From contig OZ246406.1 of NCBI GenBank assembly GCA_965231045.1, positions 450,208-514,207 of the forward strand: 64,000 nt of DNA, given 5' to 3'. Shown here in pieces: positions 8,283-17,666 of the stretch; the first letter of the stretch is position 1; every line of letters starts with the position of its first letter. A model generated the notes under the pieces. The model did no database searches and was not told the origin of the DNA. It worked only from the letters and a program-made list of their open reading frames with translations. The stretch comes from an uncultured Candidatus Saccharibacteria bacterium. GTDB taxonomy: Bacteria; Patescibacteriota; Saccharimonadia; Saccharimonadales; JAGQNJ01. Made by a program: the position numbers and the translations under genes.

Positions 8283-10871
8283 CTACTGACTCCAAACTTC
8301 GGAGATTTTGTCTTTTATTTTTTGCTCAAAAATGGTTATTAATTGACGATTTTGGTCGACTAATATATTTCTGAGCTCCATATAGTCTTTAGCAAGAATC
8401 CTTTGTTCGTCTATAGATGGCAACGGTATTTTTATTCTTTTCAATGCACCACCGTTAAACTGCGGTTGGGCTCCTCCTTGAACAAGTTGTCTTGCTTGCA
8501 TCCAATAATCTTGGCACTGTGCATATGCCCAGTAAAATTCTGGTAATATTTTGGATACATCAAAATTTAATCTAATTAAGAACGATGCGAATACCGCTGG
8601 CTCGTTGTCTGTATAGATAGCAGTTTTACCATAAGTCGCCCCAGTTCGTGCAACGAGCACATCATTTTGATGTAATAAGTATTTTTCAGCCTCTGCGGTT
8701 AGGTTAATGTACTTCGCACCATCTTTTTTGACTGAACCCATGTCGTCAATATCTGTAATACGCACAAGCCTCGCCGACCCCTTATCTTTAGCGCTAGCTG
8801 TAAAGCCGTATTCGATACTTGCTACTTCATTAAGCTCAAACTTAGGCCAAGATGGTTTAACCACAATGTTCATCCCTTTAACTTGAGACATCTCTTTGGC
8901 TAAATCGATGATTTTTTGGTAGCTGTCGAGCTCGGCAACAATTTCTTTCTGCAGCTCAATCGGTGGTAGTGGTATTTCAAGATTTTTTATTGAGGTTGAA
9001 TTTATGCTGGCCTGGTTAACGGCTCTTTGTGCAAATCTCTTTGCATCATCTGTAAACAAATCCGACTTAAATACGTATAAAGCGTACTCCGGGATTATTT
9101 TTGATGTATCAGGCCGTAGCCTAAGTAGGTTCGAACCATGTATAACTTTCTCTTTACTTTCAAAGAGTGCAGTCTTAGCTAAATGATCAATGCTGTTTAT
9201 ATGGCTGAAAAGAATATCGCCTTTTTGTAGATAATCATTCTCATTCACGTCATCAGTAGACCATTTAACTGCATCTAGATTTACAATACCTTTTGCGATT
9301 GTTTGTATTCTAGACACTTTGTGACCTATAGGTTCGTCAGTTTGTTTAACGTTTTTGCCATTTTTAATTTCTATAAAAATGTCGCTGAGTTTAGATCTTG
9401 GCCATTTTTGATTTTGACTTGTTTCTGATACCAAGTACCGCGAAGCTGTTAGGTTGTAATCGCCACTCTCAGCAATTTTGTCTCGGCTCACCGCAACTAT
9501 CTCGATTTGATCTACTTCTGCTGGTGAACCAATTATATCCGGACCCCCAACGGTACTTAGTCCAATGGTAAATAAACCAGATTTTTTGAGTTCGTCTTTG
9601 ATAGTTTGTATATCAGTTTTTGGTTCTTTTCTGTATCTTTGTAGTATCTCAGCAGTCAGCGGCAAGTCGTTATGTGCTATTGGACGACGCTGTGCACCAA
9701 GGTCAAAACCGTCGTGCTCAATTTTTGCAAAAATAATGTCTTTGGATTGTTTTGCTCTGCTGTTATCAAAGATTAAGATACTGGTCTTAACACCTGCATA
9801 CGGGTTAAAGACGCCGGCAGGGAGCGAAATAACCGCAAGTAGGCCATCTTCAACTAAGTTTTTGCGTAATTGCTTGTATGCTTTGCCGCTTTGAAAAATA
9901 ATGCCTTCGGGCACAATAATGCCAGCCCGGCCGTTTTGCTTGAGGTGGCTCATGATGTAGTCAACAAACAAAACTTCTGCACGAGAAGATTCAACACCAA
10001 ACTTATTGTGTGGGCGAATCCCACCCTTTGGTGACATAAAGGGCGGATTGGCCAAAATAATATCAAAGGTATCACCCCAACGCTCTTCACTTGTTAAGCT
10101 GTCATACTCGTAAATCTGCGGGTCATTATTTCCATGCAGGTACATATTGACTCGAGCAAGTTTAACCATGTCGCTACTTATGTCGTAACCTTCTAGGTTG
10201 CTCATGAGTTTTTGCTTTTCTTGATGAGTCAGTGACTTTTCGTTATTTTTTTTACCATTTTCATCAACACCGTCATGCTTTTCAACAATATGCTTATAGG
10301 CACTGATAAGGAAGCCCGCCGTGCCGCAAGCTGGATCCAAAATAGTGTCGTCCTTATCTGGATCCAGCACCTTTACAATGAAGTCAATAATGTGACGAGG
10401 TGTACGGAACTGCCCCGCATCGCCCTGTGAACCCATAATGCTGAGCAAGTACTCGAAAGCATTGCCAAGTTCTTCGCTGTGATTGTAGTCAAAAAACTCA
10501 ATTTCTTTTAGGAACAAGTTGAGCGTTTCTGGGTCTCGGTACGGCAAAAAAGCTTGACGGAATATATCACGAAACAATTGCGGTAACTGTGCGGCCGTAC
10601 TAAACTTTTCCAACGCTTCTGTATACATATTCAAGCGCTCTTGCGAGCCACTGCGTGGGTCCATGAGTTTGCGCCATGCATACTTTTCTAGATCACCAGT
10701 AAAGAAAGAGGCTTTTCCGCCAGCATCTTTGGCCTTGATATCCATATCATCCATGAACTTATATATAAGTGCGTTGGTGATTTGATCTATCTGCTGCTTT
10801 GGATCTGGGACCTTACCAACTAGAACCTGCCTAGCACTATCAATATGTCTTTTTGTATCAGCTGTAAGCAT
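8283..10871 (-). CDS. Type I R-M fused methyltransferase-specificity protein (HsdM-HsdS fusion, 862 aa)
   Basis: N-terminal HsdM_N-like region. AdoMet motif DPACGTAGFL and catalytic NPPF (ILANPPFMSP). The C-terminal ~400 aa holds two TRD/conserved-helix units (…IPLPPIELQKEIV… and …IPLPSIDEQRILA…) typical of HsdS. Confidence 0.85.
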   Translation of the reverse strand: MLTADTKRHIDSARQVLVGKVPDPKQQIDQITNALIYKFMDDMDIKAKDAGGKASFFTGDLEKYAWRKLMDPRSGSQERLNMYTEALEKFSTAAQLPQLFRDIFRQAFLPYRDPETLNLFLKEIEFFDYNHSEELGNAFEYLLSIMGSQGDAGQFRTPRHIIDFIVKVLDPDKDDTILDPACGTAGFLISAYKHIVEKHDGVDENGKKNNEKSLTHQEKQKLMSNLEGYDISSDMVKLARVNMYLHGNNDPQIYEYDSLTSEERWGDTFDIILANPPFMSPKGGIRPHNKFGVESSRAEVLFVDYIMSHLKQNGRAGIIVPEGIIFQSGKAYKQLRKNLVEDGLLAVISLPAGVFNPYAGVKTSILIFDNSRAKQSKDIIFAKIEHDGFDLGAQRRPIAHNDLPLTAEILQRYRKEPKTDIQTIKDELKKSGLFTIGLSTVGGPDIIGSPAEVDQIEIVAVSRDKIAESGDYNLTASRYLVSETSQNQKWPRSKLSDIFIEIKNGKNVKQTDEPIGHKVSRIQTIAKGIVNLDAVKWSTDDVNENDYLQKGDILFSHINSIDHLAKTALFESKEKVIHGSNLLRLRPDTSKIIPEYALYVFKSDLFTDDAKRFAQRAVNQASINSTSIKNLEIPLPPIELQKEIVAELDSYQKIIDLAKEMSQVKGMNIVVKPSWPKFELNEVASIEYGFTASAKDKGSARLVRITDIDDMGSVKKDGAKYINLTAEAEKYLLHQNDVLVARTGATYGKTAIYTDNEPAVFASFLIRLNFDVSKILPEFYWAYAQCQDYWMQARQLVQGGAQPQFNGGALKRIKIPLPSIDEQRILAKDYMELRNILVDQNRQLITIFEQKIKDKISEVWSQ

Positions 10872-10945
10872 TAACCCCTCTCTGTTTCTGGTTTTATTTT
10901 ACACCTGGTAACAGATCAGGGGTGTTGTGATTTTTATTCAGTTAA

Positions 10946-11080
10946 CCAGGCTCTGCAGGCTCCTGATGATGTGAGTGTCAAAGCGACCTTTTGAGCGAGT
11001 GCGTGGAGCTTGCGGCAACGCCGAGCATGGTCGCGCTTGGCAGCGAACTCATAAAGAGCCGTAAGTCGCCTGCGGCGTTT
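10946..11080 (-). repeat. G+C-rich intergenic repeat, copy B (right flank of the R-M cassette, inverted relative to copy A)
   Basis: CCAGGCTCTG 10946-10955, GAGCGAGT 10993-11000 and AGTCGCCTG 11064-11072 are reverse complements of the copy-A anchor blocks, in the same order and with similar spacing. Confidence 0.55.
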
Positions 11081-11122
11081 TTGATACTTTTGCCGCTGTT
11101 GGTAAAAGTATGAAGCAAAAGG

Positions 11123-11989
11123 TTATTTGCAATAATCACTGGTCTTGCCACTGGCTTGGTCAGCAGCAGGGAGTGACTTAACAATCGCGGCATCTTTACT
11201 TGGAAGCATATCGAACCAACAAACTGCAAATCCAGCCTGGCTAAGTTCGTTTTGGTGTTTGCTCACAAATGATGCATTTTTTGAAGCTTCGTTTGGTTGT
11301 CTGAGATCATATACTCCAAAGTCAAACGCTGTGTTTTTTGGCGATGAATTTTTAAAACCGACTGCCGTAGCCACAACATCTCCTGCTTTTACTGAAATTG
11401 GCTTATCAAATGGAGTTGTTCTAGAATCGTCTTGTTTTGCAGCAGGTAATTTATCTGCCTGTTCCTGGAATGTTGGAGCTAATGTAAGCAAGTGATCGAA
11501 TCTATATGAAATGCCGCAAGCATTTGTAAAGCGCAGCATGTACTGCACCTCACCCTGCTCAATATATCTGCTACCTTCAACCAATTGCGCATCCATAACA
11601 GCGCTGACTTTCACATCGCTATTGTTGAGGCCATCGAATCTAAGACCGCCATGAGGTTTGTAGTTACCGCCACGTGTTTGGCCTGGGTATAGAACTGCAG
11701 TAGCCTTACTAACATCAGCTGGTGAATTATTAAAGACTAGTGGGTTCGGGCAAGTTGGTGGTGTGTCACTTGGTTGCCACTTTGAGCCATCAAACTGCCA
11801 ATCCACGTTTGTGGACGCCGATGAAGCAGATTGTGATGAACTTTGTGAAGTTTGATTACTACTCGTCGGTTTTTTACTAAACACTCGCCAGCCAACAAAG
11901 CCAACGACCGCCAATATAACAACTATTAACAATATTAAAAGAACGTGAGCTATTCCATTTTGATCTTTACGCATATGCTTATTATACAC
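11123..11989 (-). CDS. membrane-anchored extracytoplasmic protein, function unknown
   Basis: 288 aa. N-terminal TM (VLLILLIVVILAVVGFVGW) followed by a Ser/Gln-rich linker. No catalytic motif recognised. Confidence 0.55.
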   Translation of the reverse strand: MYNKHMRKDQNGIAHVLLILLIVVILAVVGFVGWRVFSKKPTSSNQTSQSSSQSASSASTNVDWQFDGSKWQPSDTPPTCPNPLVFNNSPADVSKATAVLYPGQTRGGNYKPHGGLRFDGLNNSDVKVSAVMDAQLVEGSRYIEQGEVQYMLRFTNACGISYRFDHLLTLAPTFQEQADKLPAAKQDDSRTTPFDKPISVKAGDVVATAVGFKNSSPKNTAFDFGVYDLRQPNEASKNASFVSKHQNELSQAGFAVCWFDMLPSKDAAIVKSLPAADQASGKTSDYCK

Positions 11990-12065
11990 ATTTCGTTATC
12001 GTTTACAGGTTGTACAGACTTCTTCATCCGATAAGCCATAGCGCCCCTGTGATAAAAGAAGTTAT

Positions 12066-12347
12066 CTACTGGGATTGTTTCCAGGGCTGGAGTTGCATCT
12101 CGATAACTAGACGATCATATACTGCCTGAGTATCCAGCTCGCACCCAGCCGCCTCTTGATCATCCAAGAACTTATCCATGCCCTCGGCTAGTTGATCTTC
12201 AACGGTCATTATTTGCAGCAGATCATTTGCGTCAAGGGCCTCAATAGCAACTTCAGTGTCCTGCATCATGAGTTGAGCTAACGCCGCGAAGCGCGCGTCA
12301 CATGCTTCGCGTTTCGGGCCTTCACACTCTATGCATCTCTCAACCAT
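12066..12347 (-). CDS. hypothetical acidic protein (93 aa)
   Basis: ORF co-oriented with and 19 nt downstream of 12367-13089. Confidence 0.45.
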   Translation of the reverse strand: MVERCIECEGPKREACDARFAALAQLMMQDTEVAIEALDANDLLQIMTVEDQLAEGMDKFLDDQEAAGCELDTQAVYDRLVIEMQLQPWKQSQ

Positions 12348-12366
12348 TAACTATATAGTACCCCTT

Positions 12367-13089
12367 TTAAGCCAAAATCTGTAAGTTAGGAACTTCTAAG
12401 CGGGCTGTTCTTACATATGTTCGACCATCTGGAGCTGCCAGCCGACCAACCTCGTAGACAATTCTATCGAGAGGTTTATCTGGATCAACCAACCGAAATG
12501 GTTCTGGAATACGAGCCATGGCATCAACTGCCCTGTTAACCTGATCTTGATGGGTCTCAATAACTTCTTCTATAACGCTTTCTTCTATCGGTTTGTAGTG
12601 CCGGGGAGCTTCCAACTCACCAGCTGCTATTTGCGCTTGTTGGCGCTGCATTTTGCGCATTTTTCGAGTCGTCAGAACCGCCTGGAAAATGTCAGTTAAA
12701 ATCTCATGCCCCTCAATGGTGTATTCCATCATGGTATGATCTGGTATTTCAAAATCCTTACTGACTCGGTGCAACCAGTTATGAAAGGGTATTGGCAGTA
12801 TGATTATATTTAGGGGCAGCTCTCTGAAACGCTTCGGAATATCGTCTTTCTTGCTGTTTTTTAAGAACTTACTTTTGGAGTGATAAAGGTGGTGGTCATT
12901 TGAGCTATCTGGCCCTATTGGGCTCACATATTCAGGGTGCAGCGTAGCCCGCACTGCTCGTAGATAAGGTACTACTTGGATGCGACCATATTCATCGGTG
13001 GGTACAGTTACAAAATCGAAGCCGTCTCGCAGGCGCATGGATTCGGGCGGCAGGCCATCTCGTTTCGACGAGATATTCCGCCCTAACAT
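12367..13089 (-). CDS. hypothetical protein (240 aa)
   Basis: Long ORF with no recognised domain. The His-rich stretch DHHLYHS...FHNWLHR is only weakly HNH-like. Confidence 0.5.
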   Translation of the reverse strand: MLGRNISSKRDGLPPESMRLRDGFDFVTVPTDEYGRIQVVPYLRAVRATLHPEYVSPIGPDSSNDHHLYHSKSKFLKNSKKDDIPKRFRELPLNIIILPIPFHNWLHRVSKDFEIPDHTMMEYTIEGHEILTDIFQAVLTTRKMRKMQRQQAQIAAGELEAPRHYKPIEESVIEEVIETHQDQVNRAVDAMARIPEPFRLVDPDKPLDRIVYEVGRLAAPDGRTYVRTARLEVPNLQILA

Positions 13090-13197
13090 TACATTTCCCT
13101 TGGTAGTTTTAGTTTTTGTACCATCTTATTCTGATTATATGACCAGGGCGCAAATATATGCAATACGCTTATGTCAACATTGTAAACTTAACTACGT

Positions 13198-13845
13198 TTA
13201 TTTTTCGATTTCAAGAAGTTGAACATCAATAACTAGCACGGCATTTGGCGGCACAGGGTCCTGACCCTTTGAACCATAACCAACAGCCGGAGGGATAATT
13301 AAGCGCCGAATACCCCCGACTTTCATACCACCAACACCTTGTTCCCAGCCGGGTATAACTTGGTGTGCCCCATATGTAAACACAAACGGCACGATCTTGT
13401 TATCTTTATCAACCCGGTTCTGGTCAATTAGTTTGCCATCTGTTAGGTATACCTTATAAATAACGGCGGCTTTTTTATTGACCTTAATTTCATCGCCAGT
13501 GCCTGGCTGAAGATCTTGATAGAGTGCGTTCTTTTCACCCTTGTACTTATCAAACTGAGCAAAAGTCTCTGGCCCTGGCGCACTAGACTTACTAGATGAA
13601 CTCGATCCGCCAGATTGATCGGTGTTGCCTTCTATTCCACCCCCAAGTCCACTATTGCCAGATACGCTCAGGCTACTGCCGCTCTGGTCAGAATCTAGTG
13701 GAATGGCCTGGGCAACATTCGACTCACCCTTAACGGCTATTTGTTTAGGTTTCTGTTGGTTATGCCAAACTGCGTAACCAATAATGCCAGCTGTAATGAC
13801 TGTGAAGCCCCCTAAAACTAATCCGGCCTTTATCCCTGCGCGCAT
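13198..13845 (-). CDS. FKBP-type peptidyl-prolyl cis-trans isomerase, membrane anchored
   Basis: N-terminal TM. C-terminal FKBP core FVFTYGAHQVIPGWEQGVGGMKVGGIRRLIIPPAVGYG. Confidence 0.85.
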   Translation of the reverse strand: MRAGIKAGLVLGGFTVITAGIIGYAVWHNQQKPKQIAVKGESNVAQAIPLDSDQSGSSLSVSGNSGLGGGIEGNTDQSGGSSSSSKSSAPGPETFAQFDKYKGEKNALYQDLQPGTGDEIKVNKKAAVIYKVYLTDGKLIDQNRVDKDNKIVPFVFTYGAHQVIPGWEQGVGGMKVGGIRRLIIPPAVGYGSKGQDPVPPNAVLVIDVQLLEIEK

Positions 13846-13900
13846 TGGCCTAATTGTAGGTTAACTGTCTGGTGGACACAATCAAAAAAGTTAACAAAGT

Positions 13901-15070
13901 TTATTTACAGATTGGGCAGGTTTCTTCTTCTTCGAAACCATACTTCCAGGTGGTTAGGGCCTTGCCTAGTGGTAAGAAATGCAAATACAACCTAAGATCG
14001 GCCAGACGTCTCAGCACCCAGCCAAACCAACCGTTGATCTGTGTCTTGCCCCAGAGCACAACCGCCCAGTGCCGACCAACCGGAATCGCATAAATCGGCC
14101 TTTTGGGCATGTAATCGATACGGGTTTTGCCATGCAAAGTCCGCAAAATATCATCAACAACATACTCGGCATCATGTAAAGCAGTTTGCGCCATTCCGGT
14201 ATACTCGGTGACTGCACAGTCCCCAATAACATAAATATTGGGCTTGGCTTGCAGGTGCTTATCAACAACAACTCGTTTGGCCTTGCCCAGCTCAAAGAGA
14301 TGTGGGAACTTTGCAAAGAAAGGATTATTGGTTACACCGGCCGTCCAAACAACCGTATGAGATCTGATCGGTCCATTGGGCAACTGAATGCCATCGACAT
14401 TCTCGGCTTTGACAGCCGTGTTGAAGTAAGTCTTTACATGAAGTTTCTTGAGCCGTTTCACAATTGCCTGCGAGTACTTTTCGGGCATAGCCGCTACCGG
14501 CCGAGGACCAGCCTCAATCAAATCAATGGTAAAGTTGCGCTTTATTTTATGCTTGGTGCGAATCTTTTTGAGATATGAAGCTAGTTCAGCGCTCAGTTCT
14601 ACCCCAGTCGGGCCTGCGCCAATAACCACGTAGTTACGATCAGCATCAGACTCTAACAACTGGTCGTGCAAATGGCGCTTGAGTTTTAGGGCTTCCTGAA
14701 TTGTTTTGACACCGTAGGAGTATTCTTTGAGACCTTCAATACCAAAATATTCCGTAACATTACCCATGGCGAGTATTAGCTTTTCGTACTCGTAGCGCGA
14801 GCCTGACTTGCCCACTATAACCTGGTCTTTGCTATCGATGTCTTCTATGGTGTCGTCAATAACTTCCACATTTTTGGCATAGCCAAAGAAATCCTTTAGG
14901 GGTATGGCAACTTCTAGTGGCGAACGGCCAGTGGCTGAGCGGTACAGGGCAGCATGATACTCAAAATAACTCTGGGGCGAAATGAGCTTTACATCAATCC
15001 CTTTTCGGTTGGCGAGCTTCAACGCCGCGCGCACGCCACCAAAGCCACCACCTACAATCACAATCTTCAT
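13901..15070 (-). CDS. NAD(P)/FAD-dependent oxidoreductase (type II NADH dehydrogenase-like)
   Basis: MKIVIVGGGFGGV Rossmann motif, a second GAGPTGVE dinucleotide motif, and IYVIGDCA. Confidence 0.75.
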   Translation of the reverse strand: MKIVIVGGGFGGVRAALKLANRKGIDVKLISPQSYFEYHAALYRSATGRSPLEVAIPLKDFFGYAKNVEVIDDTIEDIDSKDQVIVGKSGSRYEYEKLILAMGNVTEYFGIEGLKEYSYGVKTIQEALKLKRHLHDQLLESDADRNYVVIGAGPTGVELSAELASYLKKIRTKHKIKRNFTIDLIEAGPRPVAAMPEKYSQAIVKRLKKLHVKTYFNTAVKAENVDGIQLPNGPIRSHTVVWTAGVTNNPFFAKFPHLFELGKAKRVVVDKHLQAKPNIYVIGDCAVTEYTGMAQTALHDAEYVVDDILRTLHGKTRIDYMPKRPIYAIPVGRHWAVVLWGKTQINGWFGWVLRRLADLRLYLHFLPLGKALTTWKYGFEEEETCPICK

Positions 15071-16720
15071 CTAGAAACTACTCCTCATGTGTTTATGAGA
15101 ATAGTTTAACTTAGCATCCGTCTTTTTGTGCGGATTAAAGATATCTTTGGGATCAAAAATACGTTTGATTGAGCTAAACACTTCCATCATCTTCGGTCCA
15201 TACATCTGCTCAAGCATTGGCCCCCGAATCAAACCATCGTTATGTTCACCAGATAGAGAGCCATGATATTCCAGTACCAGATCAGTTACTTCTTTGAGGG
15301 CAGGGTAGATTTTGTCGCGCTCGGACTGCTGCTTAAGATCCATCAACGGAATAATGTGGAAGTTGCCATCGCCCATGTGGCCAGCCACGGTATACATGAG
15401 CTTATAACGCTCCATGATCTCGGTGAGTCGTGGCAAAAATTCCGGCAAATACTTTGGCGGCACAATCAAGTCATCGATAAATGGCGCGGTGTGTTTGTTT
15501 TTGACATTTTTGCGAAGCAGGTTGAAACTCTCGCGGCGCATCGTCCAAAACTTCTCTTCGTGTTTTTTATCTCGAGCTTCTTGAGTCTCGATGTCTAGTT
15601 TTGCCAAGCGTTCTTCGGTCTCGGCAATTTTCTTATCGATATCGGCCTGGTTGTCATCCTCAAACTCAATCAGCAAAATAATCTTAGGCAAATGTGGGAA
15701 GAACTTAAGTAACTTGTTGAGCACAGGGATGAAACTCAGCCCTAATAAAATAAACTTTTTCCAACCAAGCGTGGCGCGAAAACTTAGGAAAAACCTAAAA
15801 GCAAATAACAAAGTGTGGTCGTCGAACGACTCCAGACTACTTGGCTTTAGTGGCAAAATAGCGTTGATGATCTCGCCCAGGTTTTTGAGTGATGGCAAAA
15901 AGGCCACTAGCATACCAGATAACGGTTTAGCTGGAACTAGGCGGAAAGTTACCTCTGTTATCAGCCCGAGTGTTCCCTGCGATCCAACTATGACTTTGGT
16001 CATATCAAACGTTTTGCCGTCCCAAACATCCCAAACATTATAGGCAGTTGAGTTTTTGCTAACTTGTGGCCGAGAATCTTTGATAATCTTTTCGTTCTTG
16101 GTCACCAGGTTATACATATCGCGGTACAGTTCGCCCTCAATGTCTTTTTGGTTCATTTTCTTGGTTAGCTCGGTGTGACTGATTGGTTCAAAACTATGCT
16201 CCTTGCCGTCACGCAAAACCATTTTAACCTGTTTAATGAACTTGTCGGTCTTGCCGTAAATAAGTGACTTTTCACCACCGGCATTATTGGCCGCCATGCC
16301 ACCGATCATGCACAGCTCACGCGAAGCCGGATATGATGGCATAAGTAAACCCTTTTCAAGCGTCTTGGGTTCGAAGTTACGATAATAAACCCCGGGCTGC
16401 ACCGAAACCTGATTGTCCTTAACTTCGCCAATGTTTGTAAAATACTTATCAAACTCAACAATTATAGAATCGTTGATTGCGCCGCCGGACATGTCGGTAC
16501 CACCACTACGGCCCGTCAACGACAACTGCGGCTCGTGCTGTTTGTGTCTGGCGACAAAGTCAACCAAATTACAGATGTCCTCAGTATCTTTTGGATATAC
16601 GATTATCTGCGGCTTGAGTTCGAAGAGGCTAGCGTCATGGCTATATTGTTCACGATTTTTGGCATCGTCAACAACATCCCCCTTAAAAAACTTCTTAACT
16701 GCATCAGCAAGATGTAACAT
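15071..16720 (-). CDS. FAD-binding oxidoreductase (GlcD / D-lactate dehydrogenase family)
   Basis: 549 aa. FAD_binding_4-like N-terminus (LSLTGRSGGTDMSGGAI) and FAD-oxidase C-terminal region (GSLSGEHNDGLIR). Confidence 0.75.
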   Translation of the reverse strand: MLHLADAVKKFFKGDVVDDAKNREQYSHDASLFELKPQIIVYPKDTEDICNLVDFVARHKQHEPQLSLTGRSGGTDMSGGAINDSIIVEFDKYFTNIGEVKDNQVSVQPGVYYRNFEPKTLEKGLLMPSYPASRELCMIGGMAANNAGGEKSLIYGKTDKFIKQVKMVLRDGKEHSFEPISHTELTKKMNQKDIEGELYRDMYNLVTKNEKIIKDSRPQVSKNSTAYNVWDVWDGKTFDMTKVIVGSQGTLGLITEVTFRLVPAKPLSGMLVAFLPSLKNLGEIINAILPLKPSSLESFDDHTLLFAFRFFLSFRATLGWKKFILLGLSFIPVLNKLLKFFPHLPKIILLIEFEDDNQADIDKKIAETEERLAKLDIETQEARDKKHEEKFWTMRRESFNLLRKNVKNKHTAPFIDDLIVPPKYLPEFLPRLTEIMERYKLMYTVAGHMGDGNFHIIPLMDLKQQSERDKIYPALKEVTDLVLEYHGSLSGEHNDGLIRGPMLEQMYGPKMMEVFSSIKRIFDPKDIFNPHKKTDAKLNYSHKHMRSSF

Positions 16721-16742
16721 TACATGCTCAGTCTCGGCTTAA

Positions 16743-17282
16743 TTATTCGAGAATTGGCATTTTCTTAACAAGATCTTGTTTGACCCACCAATCTCGCAAG
16801 CCCCACTTTTGTTGTGAGTTGCTGGTGTAAAGTGCCCATAGAACAATGATGTAAACGATATGATCATCTAGGAATGGGTGATTTGCTGGAGGCAATACCG
16901 CTGACCACATCATGAGGAACAATAGTGATCCAGTAAATGTAGCAATCTTCATGCCAATACCAGTAACTAGCGCTAGACCGATTAGCAACAATCCAGCCAT
17001 AAACAATACGTCAATAAAGCCGTTACCAGCTAACCCGTGATAAAACGAAGCTAGTGGACCCTTGGTTGCAAGTTTCAAGAAGTTTGTTGTTGGTGATCCG
17101 CCGTTAACCCATGCTTTACTGCACATTTGTGTAACCACGCCGGTCTTGGCATCACGGCATGTTGAAAAGCCCAGCCCCCAAAGTTTATCAAAGAACGCCC
17201 AGAGCATAGTCAGCCCCAGAGAAATTCTAGCTACCGCAAGAACATACGGTGTTTTGTCATTATTTTTTACTTTTTTAGGCAT
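16743..17282 (-). CDS. DoxX-family membrane protein
   Basis: 179 aa with four hydrophobic segments and a DoxX-like pattern (RISLGLTMLWAFFDKLWG). Confidence 0.6.
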   Translation of the reverse strand: MPKKVKNNDKTPYVLAVARISLGLTMLWAFFDKLWGLGFSTCRDAKTGVVTQMCSKAWVNGGSPTTNFLKLATKGPLASFYHGLAGNGFIDVLFMAGLLLIGLALVTGIGMKIATFTGSLLFLMMWSAVLPPANHPFLDDHIVYIIVLWALYTSNSQQKWGLRDWWVKQDLVKKMPILE

Positions 17283-17354
17283 AATAATTCCTTTAAAATG
17301 CTTACGTTTTAATAATTACAATATAACCCCTGTTCACTGAGAATTCAAGGTGTA

Positions 17355-17588
17355 CTATTTTTTAACTTTGTAAGCAGCATACAAAATACCCATGCATATA
17401 CCGCCAATCATTGTAGTACCCAACAGTACCGTCTCTAGGTTGCCTACCCATGTAGGAGTATCATCAACGCCCATCAGCCCAATAACTGCCCACATTAGCC
17501 CGTAAATTGTAGCGGCTCCAACCGTAACCGTAAAAGCTACTGTACGCATTTGTTCTAAATTTGAATTTTTTGTTACTTTTTTTGGCAT
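17355..17588 (-). CDS. small two-TM membrane protein
   Basis: Start placed at the internal MPKKVTKN, which is preceded by AAGGGA. Two hydrophobic helices. Confidence 0.5.
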   Translation of the reverse strand: MPKKVTKNSNLEQMRTVAFTVTVGAATIYGLMWAVIGLMGVDDTPTWVGNLETVLLGTTMIGGICMGILYAAYKVKK

Positions 17589-17666
17589 GTTTTCCCTTTT
17601 ATAATGCTTATGATTTATTACATACAATATAGCAAATTGTTGTATTTTTACAACACCTCATAGGAG

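Noticed and set aside
10978-11229. ORFs inside the G+C-rich repeats (10978-11229 minus, 32318-32530 minus, 32334-32543 plus, 35229-35594 plus, 35324-35542 minus, 19782-20099 plus)
   Set aside because: Overlapping ORFs occur on both strands of the same segment. They lack RBS context, have Arg/Ser/Cys-rich composition typical of translated structured RNA, and some overlap bona fide tRNA/tmRNA genes.
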